Shown here in pieces: positions 8,324-16,284 of a DNA stretch of 64,000 bases. The translations under genes and the position numbers were made by a program. Numbering within the stretch: position 1 is the stretch's first letter; each line of letters opens with the position of its first letter. The notes below the pieces were generated by a model, which was not told the origin of the DNA, searched no databases, and was given only the letters and a program-made list of their open reading frames with translations. The DNA is from Candidatus Gottesmanbacteria bacterium (lineage in GTDB: Bacteria > Patescibacteriota > Microgenomatia > UBA10105 > UBA927): NCBI GenBank assembly GCA_963711735.1, contig CAVQFA010000003.1:82971-146970 (forward strand). The letters run 5' to 3'.

Positions 8324-9187
8324 TTACATAAGATCACCCGGATCAGTCCAGTTCTCCTGGGTGATGTGTGCGACGAGCAGCGGTTTAGCGAGACCGTCGC
8401 GGACAATCCAGACCAGGAACGGTCGGTCGATGACGAGGTCGGGCTTCGACAAAATCGCGAATTCAAGCGTGATAGCGGCAGCTGCAGCGCTTTTGAGTAA
8501 CGCGCCCTTATCGTTCATCTTGAAGATCGTCTGCTGCTTCGCCTGGCTGATCCTCGCCTGCTGACCTGTGTTGGCGGTAGTCTCCATGTTCAGGAGCCAA
8601 CTAATATCGACAAGCTGATCGAGATCGACCATCGGGAAAACCAGGTCACCAAACTCCCTGTTGTGCTCGAGGGATGCCTGTATCTGCTCGACGTAGCTCA
8701 CGAGGTCGAAGTCAGTCGGTGGTGTCTCCATGACAGTCATAAAAACCTGATCTCCCGACTTGGTGGCAATGCAGACGACCGGTTTGGGGTGTTTGACGGA
8801 CGTATAGTAGGACATACCATTTTCCATCCGAACACCGTCATAGGTTTTACCATCTGCTGCGCGAAACTTCTCCTTCATGCCCTCCACCTTCCATTTGAGT
8901 AGTAGGATCAGGGTGGCAGCAACGCCGAAAGTGTCCTCGTCGAAATCGTCCAGCGTGATGCTGAAACCGCGCTCCTGCAAGAAACGGTTAATGTCCTCCG
9001 CACTCCAACTCGCAATCGACTCGATCTCCGAGATGCCCAGAACCTCATTGCGTGTGCGGTCGAAAAACTCAGTCAGGAAGCGCGTCTGCATCTGGTTCTG
9101 GGGACGCCAAACGCGACCCTCACCGATGATGTCATCAGCCTTACGGATAGCAGCTACGATAGGATGCATACATACTGTAGTACTCAT
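8324..9187 (-). CDS. Short serpin-like protein 1
   Basis: AEDINRFL...LILLLKW, LVFPMVDL, FKMNDKGA..SAAAAA...LVIDRPFLVWI...PLLVAHIT; AAGGAG SD. Confidence 0.72.
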   Translation of the reverse strand: MSTTVCMHPIVAAIRKADDIIGEGRVWRPQNQMQTRFLTEFFDRTRNEVLGISEIESIASWSAEDINRFLQERGFSITLDDFDEDTFGVAATLILLLKWKVEGMKEKFRAADGKTYDGVRMENGMSYYTSVKHPKPVVCIATKSGDQVFMTVMETPPTDFDLVSYVEQIQASLEHNREFGDLVFPMVDLDQLVDISWLLNMETTANTGQQARISQAKQQTIFKMNDKGALLKSAAAAAITLEFAILSKPDLVIDRPFLVWIVRDGLAKPLLVAHITQENWTDPGDLM

Positions 9188-9226
9188 GTCAAATCTCCTT
9201 TAGAATCGTGAAAATAGTGAACGAAA

Positions 9227-9535
9227 AAACAAACGTTTGTTTGCCATCCGACCACTTGGTCGCCTCAGCTATTTGGTCCTGTACGGGGACACAAAATCAG
9301 TTTTCTCCTATTCTGATTTGTTTGTTTTAGCTTTGGTTGATGGCTATCCGAACACGATATACATCATGCCCGTGTAGCCACCAACCAGCTTCAGAAACTG
9401 GAGAGAAATAAGTAGTTCGTAGGGAGACGATTCCGGCACAACCTATTCCATATATCCAGTCACGAAAGAGCCTCACTATTGAGACGTTTCATATCTTGAT
9501 AATACAGACGGTCATACCGGTATAACTCCCTACGA
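9227..9535 (-). ncRNA. Unassigned highly structured RNA upstream of serpin-like genes
   Basis: 10-bp stem 9417-9426/9526-9535 extended by G-U-rich helices; 12-bp stem 9335-9346/9375-9386; wobble pairs work only on minus strand. Confidence 0.5.
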
Positions 9536-9572
9536 GTATATTCAGTTGTTAATGTGCTATCACTTAAGAAAC

Positions 9573-9617
9573 AAAAAAATGACCCGGAGCATAACATTTG
9601 CTCCGGTTTATTTTTTT
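9573..9617. terminator. Bidirectional intrinsic terminator after the ribozyme
   Basis: CCGGAGCA-7 nt-TGCTCCGG flanked by A7 and T7 runs. Confidence 0.75.
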
Positions 9618-9655
9618 ATATCACTAAATAAATCGACGTTCTTTCTTCTTCTTAT

Positions 9656-9708
9656 CCCCTTTCGCTCTTTTGAGCTCATCAGTACGGACATACATCCGTA
9701 AAGGGTGG
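9656..9708 (-). ncRNA. Type III hammerhead ribozyme
   Basis: Minus: CCACCCTT-TACGGA(TGTATG)TCCGTA-CTGATGA-GCTC(AAAA)GAGC-GAAA-GGGG; complete CUGAUGA/GAAA core, three stems, CUU triplet. Confidence 0.9.
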
Positions 9709-9922
9709 TGCGATTTATATATTTTGTCTTGTGAGACTGATATAAAGGTTCGCACCGACCTATAAACTTCAAGAGTATAAAAACCGCAATTTTTCCCCGA
9801 CCTAGATTTGGTCAGTTACCTTTCAATCGCCGTCCGGCGAGCCATATTATGGCGAAAGGTCTGCTAGAGGGGGATCCCCGCAGTGTTAGGGGACACTAAT
9901 TCAGAAAATGTCTTTTCTATAG

Positions 9923-10690
9923 CTAGTTATCAGACTGTTTCTGAAACTTCGTCATGCGCTCTGCGACACGCTGTTCGATCGGTATCTCAGGGCTTTTAGC
10001 AAGAGATTCCAATTCGGCGGTAGCTTTGAGTTCGGCGCGAACTTTCTCTGCCTGTTCGGTCCAAACATCTGCTTCAGCTTCAGCGTCTTTGACCAAGTCG
10101 TATGCCTTCTTGATCTGTTCGTCGTTGCCATCAACGCCGAGTGTCGAAATCAGCTTGTTGGCATCGCCAACGCTTCGCGCTGTGCGCGACCGGACATCGA
10201 TCTCGTTGACCTGGCGGGCGCGAACGGCGATGATCTTTGCCAAATCCGTAAGAGCTGCTTCGACGTCAGCTTCCTTAGTTTTGATCTTGTTGAATTCAGG
10301 CTGAATGGTATCCACGCGGCCTTGAGCTTTAGCAATTTTTTCTTCGGCTTTCGTGACCAAATCAGCATTCTGAATGCTTGCCGCGTTATCAGCTGCGGCA
10401 TTGTATTTGGCAACATCAGCCATAGCTTCTGCCAAATCGTTTTGCAGGCGACGTCGGACTGTCTTGATTGCAATCAGGTCGGCGTTACCACGTGCTTGTT
10501 TGATTTCAGCATCGCGCTTAGATTTCAAGGCGCGATCCTTTGCGCTGTCCAGCAAACGCTGAGCGCGGGTTTTCAGCCCGAAAACGCGTACGCGGATTGT
10601 CTCCGCTAAAGGGTCAGGCGAGAGTGCACACCAGGCGGCAATAATCGCCCCAATGACCACAGCCAGTAAGATAGTTGTTCCAGTAGACAT
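9923..10690 (-). CDS. PspA/IM30-like coiled-coil protein with N-terminal TM helix
   Basis: Ala-rich coiled coil; ADVAKYNAAADNA...ADLVTKA resembles PspA hairpin; start MSTG after AAGGAG; DUF350/DUF4178 context. Confidence 0.7.
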   Translation of the reverse strand: MSTGTTILLAVVIGAIIAAWCALSPDPLAETIRVRVFGLKTRAQRLLDSAKDRALKSKRDAEIKQARGNADLIAIKTVRRRLQNDLAEAMADVAKYNAAADNAASIQNADLVTKAEEKIAKAQGRVDTIQPEFNKIKTKEADVEAALTDLAKIIAVRARQVNEIDVRSRTARSVGDANKLISTLGVDGNDEQIKKAYDLVKDAEAEADVWTEQAEKVRAELKATAELESLAKSPEIPIEQRVAERMTKFQKQSDN

Positions 10691-10788
10691 TTGATATACT
10701 CCTTCTTGCATTGATTTAAAAGGTTTTGTCTATGATTTGTTTGATCAGATTTTATTTTCTTTGGGTTATATCTCTTTTACTATCCTCC

Positions 10789-11373
10789 TTATGATGCCAA
10801 TGCTAGGATCAAAGTCGCAATTTTCACTACCACGACCATGATGACATGGCTATTGTTGTCCTTCATTGTCACCCAGTCACGGAATTCATCCATGTTGTGT
10901 ATAGAGAAAACGAACCGTGCAATCAGGATGGTGATACAGTCCCCGACAATCTCGCCCAAGGCTCCTCTGGTCATGATGCCATACAGATACTGATCAAAGG
11001 AAGCTCCTTTTATCGATACGATCAGTGCGAGAGTTAGGAAAATCAAACCACCCAGGATAATCGCGTGACTGTCATTCCGTGGGCTTTCGAATTCTCGCTT
11101 TATTTGACGAATTGGGGTATCCAACACATGGTAAAAAATCACCCATGCCCGCACAAAAACGATACCGATCACGATGCCCAATCGGATAAAATACTCCCCT
11201 ATCCAACCGGGGATATTCCCGAATGTTTCCGTCACCACATGTGTTGACGGAGCCAAAACATATTGAGCAATGGCAAATACTAAAACCATAAGGCTCCACC
11301 AAATAATCGTATATAACGTTCCGCTGATACCTCTAGTCGGAAAATGCACATGTTTCTTAATGCTGGCGCTCAT
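10789..11373 (-). CDS. DUF350/YjfL-like membrane protein (two repeats)
   Basis: LDTPIRQIKREFESPRNDSHAIILGG and second DNNSHVI repeat; multi-TM. Confidence 0.6.
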   Translation of the reverse strand: MSASIKKHVHFPTRGISGTLYTIIWWSLMVLVFAIAQYVLAPSTHVVTETFGNIPGWIGEYFIRLGIVIGIVFVRAWVIFYHVLDTPIRQIKREFESPRNDSHAIILGGLIFLTLALIVSIKGASFDQYLYGIMTRGALGEIVGDCITILIARFVFSIHNMDEFRDWVTMKDNNSHVIMVVVVKIATLILALAS

Positions 11374-11389
11374 AAATCGCTCCTTGATC

Positions 11390-12160
11390 TTATGCTGCAC
11401 GCAAAATCTTGCCGCAGTACTGTTGAATGGTCATTCCTAGTGCATGACCCATCTTCCAAACACGATCCGCTCCAGCCTTGACGTTTTCCAGATATATGAT
11501 GTTCTTCTGGGTGTCTTCGGCCAACATGTATTTCACCATCATGCCGTTTGGAAGGTGACTTGTTCCATCTGTTTGTTCATACCGAAGATATCCGACGTCT
11601 AGTACGGTCAATTTCTGACCATTCCACTTAAACGAATAACTCCGTGGTACTTGATCATATTGTTCGCTGAAGGTTACACCGGCTTCATCAAACATGGAAG
11701 CGGATTCGCCCTCTAACACTATCGCGTTTCCTTTGTCGAACCAAAACCAGCCATCCGGACGTTTTATCAGCATAATTGTGCCGTCCAGAATAAAAACCGG
11801 CCAGTTTTCTCCCCGATCAGTGAAATTACGATCAGAACGATTTAGCGCGCACAATTGTCCCCTGCAGGTAACAACACGTTCTTTTCGTTCAAGAACATTA
11901 ACGCTATCTAAGTCGATCTCTACCGTCTCTCCTGAACGCAAATCTTCGAATTGCTTCTCTATAGGTGCGTCATAAGGAATACGGCTCATGGATGCCTTTG
12001 TTTCATTGGCAACCTGAACTAGAACGTTTGTAGATTTTCGAACAGTAGTGATCCATTCTTTCAAATCACGAATATGTTGTGGATTCGAGAGTAGGTAGCC
12101 GAGACCAGCCACCAACAATATCACAAACCCAAATATTACGAGTATTGTTCCTGTTATCAT
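11390..12160 (-). CDS. DUF4178-like protein with N-terminal TM
   Basis: DLRSGETVEI...W..FILD...; P.SYSFKWNG...G.L.Y...G...VKY...IIYLE...W.MG pattern. Confidence 0.55.
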   Translation of the reverse strand: MITGTILVIFGFVILLVAGLGYLLSNPQHIRDLKEWITTVRKSTNVLVQVANETKASMSRIPYDAPIEKQFEDLRSGETVEIDLDSVNVLERKERVVTCRGQLCALNRSDRNFTDRGENWPVFILDGTIMLIKRPDGWFWFDKGNAIVLEGESASMFDEAGVTFSEQYDQVPRSYSFKWNGQKLTVLDVGYLRYEQTDGTSHLPNGMMVKYMLAEDTQKNIIYLENVKAGADRVWKMGHALGMTIQQYCGKILRAA

Positions 12161-12183
12161 GCTTTAAGCTCCTTATTTTTGAC

Positions 12184-13482
12184 TTACCATCCGTCATCAC
12201 TGCCCCAATCGTCGCTGGAATCCCAACTGTCATCACTGCCCCAATCGTCGCTGGAATCCCAACTGTCATCACTGCCCCAATCGTCACTGGAATCCCAACT
12301 GTCATCACTGCCCCAGTTGTCATCGCCGCCCCAATCGGAATCAGAACTCCAGTCAGTATCAGATCCTTCGTCATCAGAACTACCTGAAGAATCAGAATCT
12401 GAATTCCAATCCCAGCCTGAAGATGAACTCGGCGAATCATCATTATCAGAATTGCTAGGAACAGAAGTTGGTGGTGGAGGTTCAGCAGCAGAAATGCTCA
12501 TGTTTGCATAACTCACACATGAATTAACATGTGTAGTCACACTTGAAAAATCCTGAGATATACATGACTGATATGCTAAATCTCCTTCACTAATAGCAAG
12601 GTTATATTTGCTTTGCGCGACGATACTGTCATAAGCACCGATCAGTTGTGAGGCTGCAAGATTAATGGTGCTTTGACAATTTGCGATTTGTGATTGTGCT
12701 TGGTCAGCGGAGACATTGAGTTGTTCAGCGGTTGTTCTTGCTGATTCAACTTGATTTGCAACTTGTTGTGCTTGATCGTATGCTACAGGTTTGTCCACAA
12801 CGCCATCCGGAACGATCACTGTAAGTGTCGTCCGTGCGACATTAAGGCCTATTGATGCTTGGTTGAGTATGCTTAATGCGGATTCGTATGATAAAAGCGT
12901 TGATGACCCACATAAAGCTTTTGCAGGCAGGGTATTAATGTATTGTCGTCCTTCGTCAATGCTTGCCTGAACCCTATCGATATAACCACTGTCGATTTCT
13001 TGGGTTTTTTGATTAAGGATGTCATAGTATCGCTGATCCGTAGTACCTGGAGGACCAAGGATTTGAATAATTATCAGTTCTGAATTATTTAGAGCTGCAT
13101 CTGCTTCTTCCCAGTACTGACGTGCTAAGGTGCGGTTATTGTTTTGTAGCGCCTGCACACCAGATGCCCAGATATTATAGATTGTTCCATTGTTCTCTAG
13201 ATTGTCACGGGAAGTAGACAGTTTCTGCTCAAATCCTTCAGACCAATGTCGAGCAAATAGAGCTGCGTTTTGATCGAATTCATTCTCCGCGTTAGGAAGC
13301 ATTTGAAGCAGCGTTGTTCTGCGTACCTCAATATCTGCGAGCTTATTAGTTAAGTCACGTAAGTCCGCTGCACCAAACGCATTTATAATGAGTCCAATAG
13401 CTATGAGAACGATTCCCAAAGCGGCAACCCATGCCCACTTACTGTTGTCGACCTCGTGTCGACGATAGTAATAAACAGACAT
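12184..13482 (-). CDS. Single-TM helical protein with Pro linker and Asp/Ser/Trp-rich repeat tail
   Basis: TM at aa ~16-37, Ala/Gln-rich helices, PPPPT, (SWDSSDDWGSDD)n tail; GGAGGT SD. Confidence 0.85.
   Translation of the reverse strand: MSVYYYRRHEVDNSKWAWVAALGIVLIAIGLIINAFGAADLRDLTNKLADIEVRRTTLLQMLPNAENEFDQNAALFARHWSEGFEQKLSTSRDNLENNGTIYNIWASGVQALQNNNRTLARQYWEEADAALNNSELIIIQILGPPGTTDQRYYDILNQKTQEIDSGYIDRVQASIDEGRQYINTLPAKALCGSSTLLSYESALSILNQASIGLNVARTTLTVIVPDGVVDKPVAYDQAQQVANQVESARTTAEQLNVSADQAQSQIANCQSTINLAASQLIGAYDSIVAQSKYNLAISEGDLAYQSCISQDFSSVTTHVNSCVSYANMSISAAEPPPPTSVPSNSDNDDSPSSSSGWDWNSDSDSSGSSDDEGSDTDWSSDSDWGGDDNWGSDDSWDSSDDWGSDDSWDSSDDWGSDDSWDSSDDWGSDDGW
12193..12315 (-). repeat. 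36-bp coding tandem repeat, 3 copies plus partial
   Basis: GTCATCACTGCCCCAATCGTCGCTGGAATCCCAACT repeated head-to-tail on + strand. Confidence 0.95.
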
Positions 13483-13767
13483 TTGGCATACCTCCTGCTC
13501 TGAACGTCAAGCTGGTTTGCGTCATCTTTCTATTGTTTAGTTGTCCTCCTGTATGAGATAAGTCGGATAAAATTGTATCAGCACTATAATAAAGCTGTAG
13601 TGCTTTCAAAGCCGATTGTTATCGACCCTCAAAGCACTACAGCAATCCCCTTTTTAATTTTTTCTCTTGAAGTTGTTAAGGTGCAAAATCTATGGTTTCC
13701 AACCCCACAATCACCCTTTCGGGTATATGTGGTTCTAATTTCTTTTTTTAAAAAGAAAAAGAACCAC

Positions 13768-13794
13768 AAAAAACACTCCGCAAAATTGGAGTGT
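13768..13794 (-). terminator. Leader terminator 2
   Basis: ACACTCC-AATTTTGC-GGAGTGT plus T run. Confidence 0.7.
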
Positions 13795-13838
13795 GGTTGT
13801 TTGGTTACGTAGCCATAGAATAGAACTCTCTCTTCGGG

Positions 13839-13883
13839 AAAACAAAATAACCGCCGCCGGTGATTTCCACTGGCAGGCGGTTA
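13839..13883 (-). terminator. Leader terminator 1
   Basis: TAACCGCC-TGCCAGTG-GAAAT-CACCGGC-GGCGGTTA plus TTTTGTTTT. Confidence 0.7.
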
Positions 13884-13932
13884 AAATTTTGAGGCACAAT
13901 TGCCCCAACCCCCAAAGATTTGAGTAAACGGA

Positions 13933-13961
13933 ATTATACCTGACACTACTCTCACTGTCAA
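13933..13961 (-). promoter_or_regulatory. Perfect consensus sigma70 promoter for the PspA-like operon
   Basis: TTGACA (13961-13956), 17 nt, TATAAT (13938-13933). Confidence 0.85.
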
Positions 13962-14108
13962 TCACTATAGGGTATTTTATGTTAAAAAACCTTGGCTTGC
14001 ATTGAGGTTAATCAGCAGAACATATATATATTGATATGTCGGAAGTTTGATTTTCTTGCTTTTTCGTTGACTTCTGTCTTTCAGTCCCCATACAGTAGAA
14101 CTAGGCAT

Positions 14109-14672
14109 ATGAAATCAAAGAAAAAACCGGGTTTTCACATTTCAAATACCCTTCTCATTGTTCTTCTCCTGGCTAACGTTCTCATTCTCGACATTTGGGT
14201 TGTAACCCATTATCTTTGGGGTTCTCCTTCGGTACTCGGTGTTTCAAGTGATGCGTGTCCGCAATCGTGCATCGACAGGATAAACCGTACGTCAGGGTCC
14301 GCATCATCCTCCAAAGAATACTTCGTGCCGCTCGGGTCAGGAACAGGCACATCCAAAGAATGGGCGGATGTTTCCGGGGCACAGGCGTATATCGACAGCA
14401 CTCTCTACCCCGCCGGAAAGACTGTGACATTTGAGGTAACCCTTACGATTCCGGCAGGAAACCAGATCGTATGGGTGCGCCTCTATAACGCCACAGACAA
14501 ACACCCTGTATGGTTCTCGGAACTGTCTATGGAAGGATCCGGTCCGCGCGCGCTTATTTCAGGTCCCATTACCCTTGATTCGGGGAAAAAACTCTACGTC
14601 GTACAGCTTAAAACCCAACTCGGAACGCTTACAAACGTACTCCAGTCACGCATCCGCATTGTAGCGAAATAA
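14109..14672 (+). CDS. Hypothetical membrane-anchored beta-rich protein
   Basis: Basic N-terminus, TM, CPQSC motif, beta-strand-like C-terminus. Confidence 0.75.
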   Translation: MKSKKKPGFHISNTLLIVLLLANVLILDIWVVTHYLWGSPSVLGVSSDACPQSCIDRINRTSGSASSSKEYFVPLGSGTGTSKEWADVSGAQAYIDSTLYPAGKTVTFEVTLTIPAGNQIVWVRLYNATDKHPVWFSELSMEGSGPRALISGPITLDSGKKLYVVQLKTQLGTLTNVLQSRIRIVAK

Positions 14673-14699
14673 AGGCAATATTCGAACGCAAAATCATTG

Positions 14700-14771
14700 T
14701 GCCAGAGGAGAGGATCGGACTCTCGACGCCACGCTTATGAAGCGTGTGCTCTACCACTGAGCTACTCTGGC
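14700..14771 (-). tRNA. tRNA-Met(CAT), probably elongator
   Basis: GCCAGAG acceptor, AGCTCAGTGGTAGAGC D arm, CACGC-TTCATAA-GCGTG. Confidence 0.9.
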
Positions 14772-14890
14772 CTGACGGAAAATGATAAAGTTCCAAAACA
14801 GAGCTCCATTATTCTACGAAATATAACCGTGTTTCGCAATTCGGATAATAAATCCAGCTCGTTCTTCTCTACCCGCGTTTAAGTCTTTTT

Positions 14891-15256
14891 TCAAAAGAAC
14901 AGCTTCCACCACTCTTTCCAGTATGGTTTATTAAATGTTTTTTCGCGAATACTGTTTCCGTCTCCTGCCCCGTTTGATTCAGGAGGTGCGACGAAAATGA
15001 CTGTTTCCCCCGGTTTAGCAAGACCGAGCTTGTTTCTCGCTTCCTCTTCAATATAATCCGGGTCATTTGACCGTTCCAGTTCCCGCTTCAGTTCCGTATT
15101 TTCTTTCTGCACCCGCATAAGCTCTTTTTCCCTGTCTGTTACGATATCGCGTTTTTGCCATACATCATAGGCAGATTTCCCCATGTTGTAAGCGAGGCTG
15201 GCGCTTAGAATAAAAATTACCAGTAAAACGGGTGTGTTATGTATAATTTTTTTCAT
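14891..15256 (-). CDS. Septum formation initiator (FtsB/DivIC family)
   Basis: TM, coiled coil, YIEEEARNKLGLAKPGE. Confidence 0.9.
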   Translation of the reverse strand: MKKIIHNTPVLLVIFILSASLAYNMGKSAYDVWQKRDIVTDREKELMRVQKENTELKRELERSNDPDYIEEEARNKLGLAKPGETVIFVAPPESNGAGDGNSIREKTFNKPYWKEWWKLFF

Positions 15257-15418
15257 TATTCACCTCTTGCAGACCAGCTTGAAATATGATATTATAGGCT
15301 TCGTAGACTGTTTTTGAAGCGTTTTTATGCTCCAAAATGGCTTTTTAAATAAAGTCATGTCTATTTACAGTTTTTATTATATACAAATCAAATACTTTCC
15401 TGCTAAACCTATAATAAT

Positions 15419-16279
15419 ATGTCCCTAGACCTGAAGACCGCTCATGCCCAATTTATCGAACACCTTACCTCACGCAGACGTGCCCGCGCTACCATCATAG
15501 CATACGCCAAGGACATCGATCAGGTGCTTGCATACCTTACAAATGCCGGAAAAAAGGATGTGACTGACGTGACGCGTGATGAAATCGAAGCGTTTCTGAA
15601 AAAACTGTCAAGCGACAGCTACACACCCAAGTCCGTTTCACGGAAAATCAACTCGATCAAGACATTTTTCCGGTTTCTCAAATCATCCGGTGCTATTACG
15701 GCTGATCCGGCAATTGAGATAGAGCATCCCAAATACGAAGTCAAACCGCCCCGGATTCTGTCTAAACTGGAGTACCGCGCCCTTCGGGATGCGTGCCGCG
15801 GTGATCTTCGTACTCATGCAATCGTTGAACTTTTTCTCCAGACAGGAGTGAGGATCGGAGAACTGGCTAATCTGACTCTAACGGACATCAAAGAAACAGA
15901 ACTTCATATCGCGCCTGAGGAAGGTCACGCAGAACGCATGGTTCCTTTAAATAAAGCAGCTAAAGATGCTCTCAACAGCTATCTTGCACAGAGAAATTCC
16001 AACGGTACAAGCCAGGCTCTTTTTATCACAAAAACAGGCAAGCCGCTTCTTATCAGAAACATCCGTACTGCAATTGACCGGTATTTCCGTGTGGCAGGTA
16101 TTGAGGGAGCCAAAGTCAATGACCTTCGGCATACATTCATCGCCCACCACCTCATTGCCGGTACACCCATCACAACCCTGTCAAAACTTGTCGGACATAA
16201 ACGTTTATCCACAACGGAAAAGTACCTGGATCTCGTCAAGGATAAGCAGACGGAAAACGTGAAGCTTGATGAGTTATAA
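15419..16279 (+). CDS. Tyrosine recombinase XerC/XerD family
   Basis: TGVRIGEL, DLRHTF, LVGH..LSTTEKY. Confidence 0.9.
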   Translation: MSLDLKTAHAQFIEHLTSRRRARATIIAYAKDIDQVLAYLTNAGKKDVTDVTRDEIEAFLKKLSSDSYTPKSVSRKINSIKTFFRFLKSSGAITADPAIEIEHPKYEVKPPRILSKLEYRALRDACRGDLRTHAIVELFLQTGVRIGELANLTLTDIKETELHIAPEEGHAERMVPLNKAAKDALNSYLAQRNSNGTSQALFITKTGKPLLIRNIRTAIDRYFRVAGIEGAKVNDLRHTFIAHHLIAGTPITTLSKLVGHKRLSTTEKYLDLVKDKQTENVKLDEL

Positions 16280-16284
16280 GGTAA

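Noticed and set aside
9870-9900. Twister ribozyme (CCTAACACTGC resembles a known twister 5' segment)
   Set aside because: The remaining conserved core and pseudoknot partners could not be found
12193-12315. CRISPR array (36-bp repeats)
   Set aside because: Repeats are contiguous with no spacers, in frame within a CDS, and no cas genes are present
15419-16279. Tyrosine recombinase as integrase of the 7.3-14 kb locus
   Set aside because: Looks like a chromosomal Xer-type enzyme, separated by ftsB-like and tRNA genes; no att repeat found at the locus ends
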